This document shows, piece after piece, positions 1 to 10,100 of a stretch of DNA of 38,551 nt (the first letter of the stretch is position 1; each line of letters opens with the position of its first letter). This DNA is from Xylographa opegraphella. Lineage: Eukaryota. The notes beneath the pieces were generated by a model. The model had not been told where the DNA came from. It was given only the letters and a program-made list of their open reading frames with translations, and made no database searches. The translations under genes were made by a program, and so were the position numbers. Location of the stretch: positions 1 through 38,551 of the forward strand of contig JALDZX010000105.1 of the NCBI GenBank assembly GCA_022813865.1. Direction: 5' to 3'.

Positions 1-148
1 ATTTTTAAGTTTTAAGTTTTAAGTTTTAATTTTTAAGTTTTAAGTTTTAAGTTTTAATTTTTAATTTTTAATTTTTAAGTTTTAATTTTTAATTTTTAAT
101 TTTTAAGTTTTAATTTTTAATTTTTAATTTTTAATTTTTAATTTTTTT
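1..148. repeat. TTTTAA(G/T) 7-mer tandem repeat
   Basis: About 20 near-identical ttttaag/ttttaat units read directly from the sequence. Confidence 0.9.
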
Positions 149-149
149 A

Positions 150-1566
150 AAAACTATAAATTTTCCTTGAGTTCGTTAATTTTTATAAACGATTTATACA
201 AGATTATTTTAAAATTGCTTCGTTTTTAACGAGCTTTTAAAAGGGTAACTGTGACGGCTATGACATCAGTCACAAGTAATAGGGGTCGGGCTGGATCAGG
301 ACTAGCACCTTTAGTATATAGTCTCGCCCATGGAGCAGCCTCATCGCTTCTCCATCTTAATCTGGGTTGAAATCGTCCACCTAAAGCTTACGTTCTAGGC
401 GTGCTTGCGTGGTGAGTTGATGAGCCATAACAGTTTTAATAAAAACTTGATATTGAAATTATTTTAATATTTATTTATCAATGTTTTAATATTAAATAAA
501 AGAAATAATAATTAAAAAAATAATTTCTTATATTTAAAGGCATGCATTGTATTATTTATTAAATCTATTCGTTTTAAATTAATCGCGATTTAGCGTATAT
601 ATATCGCGTAATTAATAAACTTAATAGCGTAATGATTTAAAAATAATAAATATTTTCGTTTGTCGCGTAATTAACGGTTTAATAAATTTAAATTTAATAA
701 GAAAAATAATTATTACGGGTCAGAATTATACAATATTTAATTTTTAAAATTTAAGTCGAAAATCTTTAACGTTATTATTAAAAAAAATATTATCACGTAA
801 TACACCCGGGTTATAACAGGGATTAAAACCCTCCCTTTTTTCTAATAATTAATTTTAAAATAACATGATTATTGCAAAGTATTTTATGTTATTACAATCT
901 TTAAAATTAGGTTTTTTTATTTGATACAAGCTTAAATTTTTTATATCGCGAGTCGAATTTTATATTATTCAAAAAATTCTTTATTTCGATTAATTCGTAA
1001 ATAAATTAAAACTCGATAAGCGATATTATATATTATATTTTTTATGGAAAGTTTACTATTATAAACTTGATTAAATTTTATAGTTTTAAGCCCTTTTTTC
1101 TCTGTTAATAAAAATAAATTATTTTTAATAAATTATTTTCGTTGAAAATTATCTTATATTCGAGTAAATGTTTAATATTTACGCTATAATTATTTTTACA
1201 AACTCGAATATTATTTCAATGAATAATCTAACTATTTTAATACCTGGCTTTTTAAGAAGCAATTTAAATTTTATTATTATATTTAATAATAAATAACGGG
1301 TTAAATAAATTAAAAATAACGCAAGAGTATATTATTAAATAATTATTTATATCGATAATATTAGTTAAAATTTTAAATTTAAAAACGCGTACAAAATTTT
1401 TTAATAATTAAAATTAAATAAAATATGTTAAAACGTAAGTAAATATACTTTATATTAATAAATTAACAAACAATAAATAATTTTATTAATTATAAACTGC
1501 CACACTCAATTACGATTAATTTTTTTTAAATATATTTAAAAGAATTAAAAAATAAATTATAATAGT
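150..1566 (-). mobile_element. RIP-degraded Ty1/Copia remnant (protease / GAG-pre-integrase / start of integrase)
   Basis: Minus-strand fragments 'VLIPVITRVYYV' (~795-835), 'YNACL*' (~535-552; de-RIP CNACLQ, zinc-binding CxxC) and 'YPFK' (~237-248) occur in Copia pol order. Boundaries are uncertain. Confidence 0.45.
250..432 (-). mobile_element. Un-RIPed short Gypsy-type LTR (183 bp), related to the LTR at 13334-13565
   Basis: GC-rich island with TG...CA ends and imperfect terminal inverted repeats. Its reverse complement TGTTATGGCTCATCAACTCACCACGCAAGCACGCCTAGAAC... aligns with TGTTACGGCTCGCTATCTCACCAGAAAAGCAGGCCTAGAAC at 13334. The flanks (GTAAC/GTTTT) are not a TSD. Confidence 0.8.
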
Positions 1567-1571
1567 GAATT

Positions 1572-1771
1572 AGTTGAAATGAATGGGTGGAATCAGTATG
1601 GTGGAACCAGTGCTTCATTGAACTATCTGTCAAGATGCGTAAGAAGGTTNNNNNNNNNNNNNNNNNNNNNNNNNNNNNNNNNNNNNNNNNNNNNNNNTAG
1701 AAGCAGGTTAGCGTCTATGTTGCCTGCAGGCAACATAGAGGGCATTCTGCCAGGCAACGCTATTTCCAACA
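1572..1771 (-). mobile_element. Un-RIPed Copia LTR (solo or assembly-collapsed element) with 5-bp TSD GAATT
   Basis: GAATT at 1567-1571 and 1772-1776. Minus strand reads TGTTGGAAA...TTTCAACT. Both halves align with the RIPed Copia 3' LTR at 7295-7713. Confidence 0.85.
1650..1697. other. Assembly gap (48 N)
   Basis: Run of N inside an LTR. Confidence 1.
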
Positions 1772-2410
1772 GAATTTTATATTAGCAATTATTTTTAATA
1801 TTATTAAAAAAATTTAGCTATTTTTTATTCGCTTTTTAAAAAATATAAAAAATATAAAAATAATTTTAACGCACGAGAAATTTGCGACGTTAAAAAATAT
1901 TCGTTAAATTCTTTATAAAAAAATTAGTTTAAAATTTAAATAATATCGCGTTTTAGAATAAAATAAAACGATCGCAAAAAATTGTATTTTTCGTTATTAA
2001 GAAAATTTGTTTAATGTCGAACGATTAAAATTTCGCTATAATAAATTTAATAAATACTTTTTTATTAAAAAATATCGTTTAATAAATTATAATTCAATTT
2101 TTTCCCAGCGTGGCAGTATATCTTTACGTAGTACTAGGAATTATTACTTATTTTTATAAAAAAGTTAAGTACTGGCCGAAAAATACGCGAAACGCGGGTA
2201 AAAAATATAATTATAATAAAAGAAATGGCGACAAAGCGTAAAACGCAGAGTTTTTATTCTTTATAATACGAATATTTTAGCAAAGGGTTTTAAATACGCG
2301 TAATAAACGCCGTTTTTACGTATAAACATTTAAAAAATACCTAAATTTAAAGTTTTATAAACGCTTTATTACGTGGCGTTAACTTTATACAAAATAGTCG
2401 ATTAAAACCT

Positions 2411-2676
2411 CGCGAAATAATTAATCGTAAAGGATTATATATATCTAAAACGTAAAAAATTCTTTATTTTAACAGTTGTTTAGCGTAGTTAAAAAAATGT
2501 AATTTTTATTTTGATATCGAGTTTTAATTCCCTTAAACGCGTAGTAAACGCAGATTTGACGAAATAATCGATTATAAAAAATTATATTATTTTCAAACGT
2601 ACGAAATCGTTTATTCTAAAAGTTAATGAACGTAGTTAAAGAAGAATGCGTTTTTTATTTTAATATCGAGTTTTAA
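2411..2676. repeat. Diverged tandem duplication, period ~148 bp
   Basis: 2411-2527 and 2558-2676 share 'cgaaataat...aaacgta...cgtagttaaa...ttttatttt(g/a)atatcgagttttaa'. Confidence 0.65.
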
Positions 2677-3362
2677 AATCTCGTTTTATACTGACGTAAA
2701 ACATTTAAAAAGAGATTGAAATTAAATAAATAATTAATAGCGTATTAATTACGACTCGAATATAATTTTACGACGTATATTTTATTACAATTATTAATAA
2801 ATTTCGAACGATCGTTAAAAATAATAGAAATTGACTATTAAGGCCCGGGTTTTTTAATAAAAATATAATAAACGTAAAATCAACGAGCTATTAAAGGCGA
2901 TAATTATAGAACGAGTAATAAATCAGGAGAAAGAAAATAACTACAATGTTACAATATTACAATATTTATCGATTATACGTAAATCGAACGCGTAAATAGC
3001 GTTAAAAATATAAGTTTTTATACTTATATTAAATGACTTTTTCGTTTATATATATAAATATTGATAAATCAATCCCGTATAAGCCCTTTAAAATTTACAT
3101 CGAAATGAAAATAGTTAATCAATTAATTAGATCTTTTTCGCTACGAACGCAAATTAATATAAAACGTTGATATAATTTTTTTAAATATAAATTATTTAGC
3201 AGCAAGATTGTCGATAAAATAGATAAAAAGTTTGAAATGAAAATTATTGCGAATATAACGCTAAGAATTAATTAAATAATAATAAATTAACGAATTTTAA
3301 ATTCAATTTTAAAAATAAAGCGATTAAAACGGCCGCTTTCTTTAAAGCTTTTATTAATAAAT

Positions 3363-3605
3363 TGATACGGTTCGTAAAACGTGGTTTTCAGCCACGTGGC
3401 TTCCTCTATGAAGCTCACCCTGTGCGTGGCTTTCTTGCTGGGGCCCACCCTGTGCGTGGCTTCCTTGCTGGGGCCCCTACCCTGCAGAGTTTCTACCCCG
3501 CCTGCTTCTGTAAAATTAACGTAAGAGGGCCCTATATAATGAGGCTCGTTTCCATAAATATTCAGTATTTTCTTCATTCATACAAAGTTCACATTGCTTG
3601 TGATA
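3363..3605 (+). mobile_element. Solo LTR (243 bp) with RIP-compatible TSD TAAAT/TAGAT
   Basis: TGATAC...TTGCTTGTGATA (terminal CA mutated to TA). TAAAT at 3358-3362 and TAGAT at 3606-3610. About three 30-bp tandem units at ~3393-3485 and TATATAA at ~3533. One terminus matches TGTCACAAGCAAT of the solo LTR at 33060. Confidence 0.8.
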
Positions 3606-4187
3606 TAGATTTTTTAAATTCGATTAAATAATCGATTCTGGCGTTTTTTTATATATAATTAATTGATTTAAACTTTTTAATAAAATTTTAATTTTTAATC
3701 AAAATAAAAAAACCTTAAATAAAGATTTAAAAAATTATGTATTAATTACGTTAATACGATTATTATATAAAATTCAAAAAATTATGAAATATCTTTAATT
3801 TTAATTTTTTATATTTTTAATTTTGATATATGTTTTTTAAAATAAACAAATATACGAGAAAAGCTTACGTAATAATTTTAATAAAGAAACTATATATATA
3901 CGATTAAAATAATAAATAAATAATTCTTACTCGTAAAAAAGTGGCGTATATATTATTAAAAAAATAGTAAAAGAATTTAATAATTTCGCTTTCGCTATTT
4001 TTACTCGTAGTAAAGTCGAGCGTATATTATTTATTTAAAATATAAAAACGGGTAATTTTTTGAATTAATTGATATTTTATATTTAATTAAAAATAGCTTA
4101 AATTGCTAATTAATAATAAAAAATTTACGTTTAAATAAAAGAAATCTACGTCGCTTAAAAATAATATAATTCAAAATATAAAATTTC

Positions 4188-7100
4188 ACTTTTAGCATCG
4201 TCGTTTTGCGTATTTAAAATATATTAAAATGAAAAATTTATATAAAAGAATCAAAAGTTAAAAACCAATCGTCGTTTCATAAATTATTAATAATATTTAC
4301 GCAATTAACGTTTTTTGAAGTTTTAAAATTAAAAGAATTCCGTCGTAGATAAACGTAAATTTAAAATTCTCGTTTCAATTTTAATTAAAATGTATAAACT
4401 CTTGTTAATATTTCGCGGAGGCTATTTTTGTTTCTTTTTAATTATAAATAATGATTTAAAAAGAAAATTTAAAGTATTTTTATTAAAATAAAAATTAAAC
4501 GCAATCGGGGATCTAAATAAATAAAAATAAATTATAAACTTTCAATTTAGAAATTTTTTTAGAATAATTTATAATAACGTTTTTGAATTTAAATTTATTT
4601 TAAATAATTAAAAGGTAAATATTAGATTATTTTATTAAATATAATATTTTATAAATTAATATAAAATAGTATTGTCGAATGATAAATATAAATCTCGAAG
4701 AATTTAATACGCGTAATATTTAAAAATTTAAATTCTTATTAAATTTTAAATAAAAATTAAATTAACTAACGTTGATTTGAAAAATCGAATCGATATTAAT
4801 TTTATAATTAACGATAAATTAATATCGCGTAAAAAACCCTAAATAAATATCATTTTTAATATTGAATATATTAAAGTCTGGAAATATAAATACTATTTTT
4901 ATATTAATTCGAAATTATTACTTTAAAAAATTTATACCGCTCGGTCGTATAAAAATATTGATAAAATACGTTAATAAAATTAACAAATAATAATGTTTAT
5001 AAATATTAAATTTTTAACGCGTTATCAAAAGTTACGCGATAAAATTTAAAAAAAGATTTAAAATTAATTAATTTCAAATTTTTAAAATAAACTGCTAATG
5101 TTTAATTTATTAAAACTTTTATAAAAGAAACTTTATAAATTGTTTGCAAATAATATAAGTATTGTATCAATTCAATAGAAAGACTTGTTAAAAAACCTCG
5201 AAAAAGGTTTTAAATTTATAAAAAATTTGAATAATTAATTATATTTATAAGCTTATCAAATAAGCTTTTTCGCTTCTTTAGAAATTTCTTTTACTAATAA
5301 TTAAAGTTTTTATATATAATAATACCCAAGCGAAACGATTTAATCGATTAAAGTATTTAAATTGCGTTATCAATCGTCGAATTTTTTTATTTAACCATTT
5401 AGAAAGGAATTTAATAAAATTGATTTAAATATAATTTATTATTAAAAAATATTTTTAAACTTTAAAAGAAGATTTGACGAAACAAATTTATTAATTAAAA
5501 TTTAAAGATAATAAAAATATTTCGAACCAGCTTAAAGAATTTGTTATTCAAAATTGAAGAAAAATTAAATAATATAATATAATTAGCGTTTTAGCGAAAA
5601 ACGATAAAAACGATAAAATTAATTACGAAATTAGATATCGTTTTTATTTTATTGATATAAAAAAAGCAGTTAACGACTCGAAATAAAGAAAACTACAAAA
5701 AATTATAAACGCGAAATTATCGCATTTATATTTAACAAAATCTAAAACAAAATTACTAAAGAATGTTAATATCGTTATAAATAAATAATGATTTAAATTG
5801 AAATTTTACGTTAACGATTTATTAAATAAATCTAAAATTTATATTGTAATAACAGAATTCTGTTAGAAATACGACGTAAACTACGAAAATATTTTTTATT
5901 TTAATTATAAAATATGATACGTTTCGCCTTTTTTCGCGTTAAAAATAAAAACAAAAAGAAAAACAAAAAGAAAAACAAAAAGAAGAACAAAATTAAAAAC
6001 AAAATTGAAAACAGAATTAAAAACAAAATTAAAAACAAAATTTATATAAAAATATTATATAAAAATATTATATAAAAATGTTATATAAAAATATTATGTA
6101 AAAATATTGCAAAACTTTTACGACTTTAAATAAGTAACTCGTAGTTAATATTAACGCTGTATTTAAGATTTTAAACGAATTAATTTTAAATAATATAACG
6201 CTAATTTTTCTTTGCTATTTGACTTTAATAAAGAAGTTTAATTATTTTTATACGTAAACGATATCGAAATCGCAGTATTTTATTAAATTAAGGTTAATTA
6301 GTTTAAAATCAAATTCGCGAAACTTTTTAAAGTTAAAAACTTTTTAAAATTCAAAACTTTTCAAAATTAAGAAACATTTAAAAATTTAAATTACGCGCGA
6401 TAGAAAAAATCGCTTAATTCGTTTAAATTAAATTCATTATTTAACAGCAATTCGTAAGGCTATATATAGAAATTAACAAATGTAAAATAATAAAAATTGT
6501 AATAAATAATTACGACTCGCTTCGACTAATCGACGTCGAGAATGAAAAAATAAATTAACGTAAATATTAATACGCAATTAAAAATTTAATATACGTAATT
6601 ATATATAAATGTTTGAATTTCGTTTTTACAGTAAAAAATTTAATATCAATATTTCAATAATTTTATAAAGTATTACGGCTGCGTGTTAAAAAGTTAATTT
6701 TATTACGTTCGATCAATAATTAATTTCAAAATAATTTACGAAAATAATAAAAGTTTTAATTTTATTATTTATTTCGATTTTAATTACGCGATAAATTAAT
6801 AGAACTAACCTTTTATTTTTAAATGCGTATATATATTTAACGAAAGATTAATTGCTTTGACTAATTAAAAGCAAAAATTAATATTTATTTTAATTATTAA
6901 AATTAAATATATAATTCTGCCCAGCTGCGCGGAAAAGAAATTGAAATTATATAGTTATTCAAAAATCTCGACTGCAATATATATTAAAATATTGAATTAA
7001 ATAGTATCAATATTGTAAAAAGTAATTAATATTTAAAAAAAACTTATCGATATAGTTAAAAAATATAATATTATTAACGTTGATTAAAAATGTTTATATT

Positions 7101-7250
7101 AACCAAAAATTTAAATACATTAACATTATTTATTATATTACTAGAAAAATATTCGAATAAGTTTATTTTTACGGAAAATATAATCGCAGACGAATTAATT
7201 AAATTACCATTTAATTTTGATTTTAGAAGATTTATTATTTAATTGAATTT
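4188..7250 (+). pseudogene. pol: Copia pol pseudogene (GAG-pre-integrase, integrase, RT, RNase H)
   Basis: 'F*HRRFAYL' at ~4191 (LWHRRFAHL); 'GGYFCFFLIIN' at ~4416; RT start ~5780-5940; 'YVNDI' at 6251 (YVDD); SDSDYA-like motif at ~6770; IADGLTK-like motif at ~7182. Confidence 0.85.
5941..6108. repeat. Compound A-rich tandem repeats (AAAAACAAAAAG / AAAACAAAATT / TATATAAAAATAT) inside Copia RT
   Basis: Visible 12-14 bp units between the 'FRLFFA' and 'LYGLKQ'-like RT motifs. Confidence 0.8.
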
Positions 7251-7294
7251 TAAAAATACTAACAATTAGCGATTTAATAAATATTAAATAAAAA

Positions 7295-7713
7295 TATTAA
7301 GAATAACGTCGCTTGATAAAATCTTTCTTCTATTGTTTTAAAAATATAAACGTTAGCCTGTTATTAAATTGACGTAATTATTAAATTAACGTAATTATTA
7401 AATTAACGTAATTATTAAATTAACGTAATTATTAAATTAACGTAATTATTAAATTAACGTAATTATTAAATTAACGTAATTATTAAATTAACGTAATTAT
7501 TAAATTAACGTAATTATTAAATTAACGTAATTATTAAATTAACGTAATTATTAAATTAACGTAATTATTAAATTAACGTAATTATTAAATTAACGTAATT
7601 ATATATAAAAAAGTTTTTTTCCTTAAAAAGAAAGCAATTTTTTTACGCATTTTAATAAATAATTTAATGAAGTACTGATTTCACCATTCTGATTCCATTT
7701 ATTTATTTAAATT
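7295..7713 (+). repeat. Copia 3' LTR (RIPed)
   Basis: 'tattaagaataacgtcgcttgataaaat' and 'aatgaagtactgatttcaccattctgattcc' are transition-mutated versions of the reverse complement of 1572-1771. Confidence 0.8.
7360..7600. repeat. 18-bp tandem repeat TTATTAAATTAACGTAA(T), ~13 copies, inside the LTR
   Basis: Direct reading. The equivalent position in the sister LTR is the N gap. Confidence 0.9.
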
Positions 7714-8102
7714 TACTATAGTAATCATTTATTTTTTTCGATTTATTATATAATTATTTTGATAATCGTTAATATAATACGTTAAAATACTTTTTATTTC
7801 GTATAAATTACGAGGTTATAGCTAAATATTACCTTTTTAATTTTTAATTTTTTTTAAATAACAATATTAAATATTACTAAATTTATACTATCCTGTTTAT
7901 GTTATAACTACGACCCGACTCGACTCGAAAATTATTTTTAATAATTAAATTGAAATTATTTATTCTAGCAACGCTAAAAAGATTTATTAAAAACGTTATT
8001 GTATATAAATATTTTTTACTTTTTTACTTTAATTATAATTATTATATTAATAATTTTATTCTTAATAATTTCTTATTATATCGTCGCCATCTCGCGATTA
8101 CG

Positions 8103-8462
8103 TGATAAGGTTCTGATCAATATTGTGTGAAACAAAGGTCGGAGGAATCTTATTTCGGATGCCTCCTTCGCCTCCCAGAAGGCATGAAAGGCATGACCCT
8201 TTTGCCTTAATGGTCTTCCTCGAGAGGTATAAAAAATATCTCAAAATAAAACTTTTATATAAAGTAAAGAATTTCCTTCATTGTAAAAGACGTATTCAAT
8301 TTATATTATAACCTTAAAGTAACAGGCTTTGATACAATATTATACGAAAATTATTATTTTCAAAAAACAACAAACTTGTTACTGTACCTTTTTATTTATT
8401 TATTAACGAATTCAATTCAAATCTTTAATCGAATTATATTAATAAGAAATAAAATCGTAATA
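8103..8462 (+). repeat. 5' LTR of the chromovirus
   Basis: Starts TGATAAGGTTCT and aligns end to end with 14146-14509, mostly by transitions. Confidence 0.92.
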
Positions 8463-8522
8463 TTTTAAAATATTCTTAAAATAAATATATTAAAAGCACG
8501 ATTATATCCAACCCTAAATATT

Positions 8523-10100
8523 ATGAAAGGCAACCTAAAAAATACTGCAAAAAATAATCGCGTTAAGGTAAAAAGATTTAATTGTTATAAAAAAATAGAA
8601 ACTATTTAAAGGAATGATATATGCAAATAAATAGATTTTATATTTTTCGGGTTTCAGGGGGACAGTGTTTTAGAATTAAAAAAATCACTTTTCGTTATTA
8701 TTTATATGCAAGGACAAGCTCAGAAATGAAAAATATCTTAAAAACTTTAATAACGAAGGTTTGAAATGGCTAAAAAAAATTCGCGACGTTTAAAATCGAG
8801 ATTAAATTTTTTTTAAACTATTAAATGAGAAAAATATAGCGATACAAATTATATAGTATTTTAAACAAAAAAGATTTTGCGCGGAATATTTAACTCGATT
8901 TCAATAATTCGCAATTAAAATAAAGTAAAACAACGATGCCTTAACTGTAATATATCGTAAAAAATTTAAAAAATCGATTAAAATAAAATTAATGAAAACT
9001 GGTGCCGCAGTTAAAACCATGGATGAAATAATCGAGAAATGTATAAAAATCGACGACAGACTGTATACAAAATTATAAAACGCAAATACGAAACCGAAGG
9101 CGCAGCAAAAACTAATTATTAAAAAAACGATTTTAAATCGAAAGAAAAACTTTACAAAACGTTAAACCTTTATAAATTAATATCAACAGAAATAAACGTA
9201 TTTTAGAAGCAAAAACAGGGTTTTGAAAAATAATATTTCCGGGGAAAAAATAAAAAATAAAAAATATATATATAAAAAATCGACAATATTGCTAAAAACT
9301 GTCGGTCAAAAAACAAGATATTTAAACTACAAATAAACGTATATTTGAAATTTTCGATAAAATCGAAACTTAAAAAAACCAGCTATTTTTATACAAAAAA
9401 GAAAATACGAAACTTATTTTAATTTTAAACGACCAGGTTAAGGTTAGTACTAGCAAAATAGGCGAGAAAATTAATTTGCAAAATAACATTTAGGTAAAAA
9501 TTAACAACAACGAAAAAAGCGACTTAAATATTAATAATTTTATTAAGAAAAACCCCGAGGAACAGAATATCGATTGAAATAACAAAAAAAACTAGATTTA
9601 TTAACAATCTAACGAGCCAACGACGTCAATATACATTAAAAAAATAAATATATAAAATTATCGAGTAAATCCAGAACATTTATATTATAATATAATATAC
9701 AGTAGTATTTATATAAGCACGCACTGCAAAACTTACTAAAAAAATCATAACTATAATATTTATACGGGGAGAGCTTATTGTAATACTTAAATTTAAAATA
9801 AATGCTTTAAAAATAAATACCCTTGGCATTTAAGAAAAAAAAGAAAAAATCTATACTTTTTAGAATATATACAATAATTTTGCTACAATTTTATTATATA
9901 TGAAACCCGTCCGGAAAGAAAGGACTGCGGAAATCCATTATAGCAATAGTATTTTTATAAAGGGTACGTAATATACAAGGAAACCAAAGAAATTTACGGT
10001 TATTTTGAACAGAGAAAAAATAATTCTACATGTTATAAGGAAATATATAAAGATTAATATAATATACCCCAAAATATACTAAGGATAATTTTATTTTATA
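8523..10100 (+). pseudogene. gag: gag pseudogene with degenerate CCHC knuckle and Cys/His-rich extension
   Basis: ATG at 8523; retrotransposon gag-like segments; knuckle remnant '...IAKNCR' at ~9265-9305. Colinear with the second copy at 33850-35200. Confidence 0.7.

Larger units (their letters stand above)
2780..7713 (+). mobile_element. RIP-degraded Ty1/Copia retrotransposon with 3' LTR; 5' end not located
   Basis: Integrase-RT-RNase H domain order is diagnostic of Copia. The LTR follows RNase H at 7295. The start coordinate is a rough estimate. Confidence 0.75.

Noticed and set aside
1..148. TTTTAAG repeat as a degenerate telomere
   Set aside because: No TTAGGG units; it resembles the other T4-seeded arrays in the window.
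3287..3631. Overlapping 96-aa and 89-aa ORFs with repeated peptides
   Set aside because: They arise from the 30-bp tandem repeat of a solo LTR bounded by a TSD; not genes.
7360..7600. Regular 18-bp array resembling a CRISPR
   Set aside because: There are no spacers, and it lies inside a eukaryotic LTR.
8123..8311. ORF 8123-8311, and likewise 1579-1785, 13535-13801 and 33019-33204
   Set aside because: They lie in LTRs or cross gaps and junctions; 13535-13801 contains only the chromodomain tail (EPLTNLENC).
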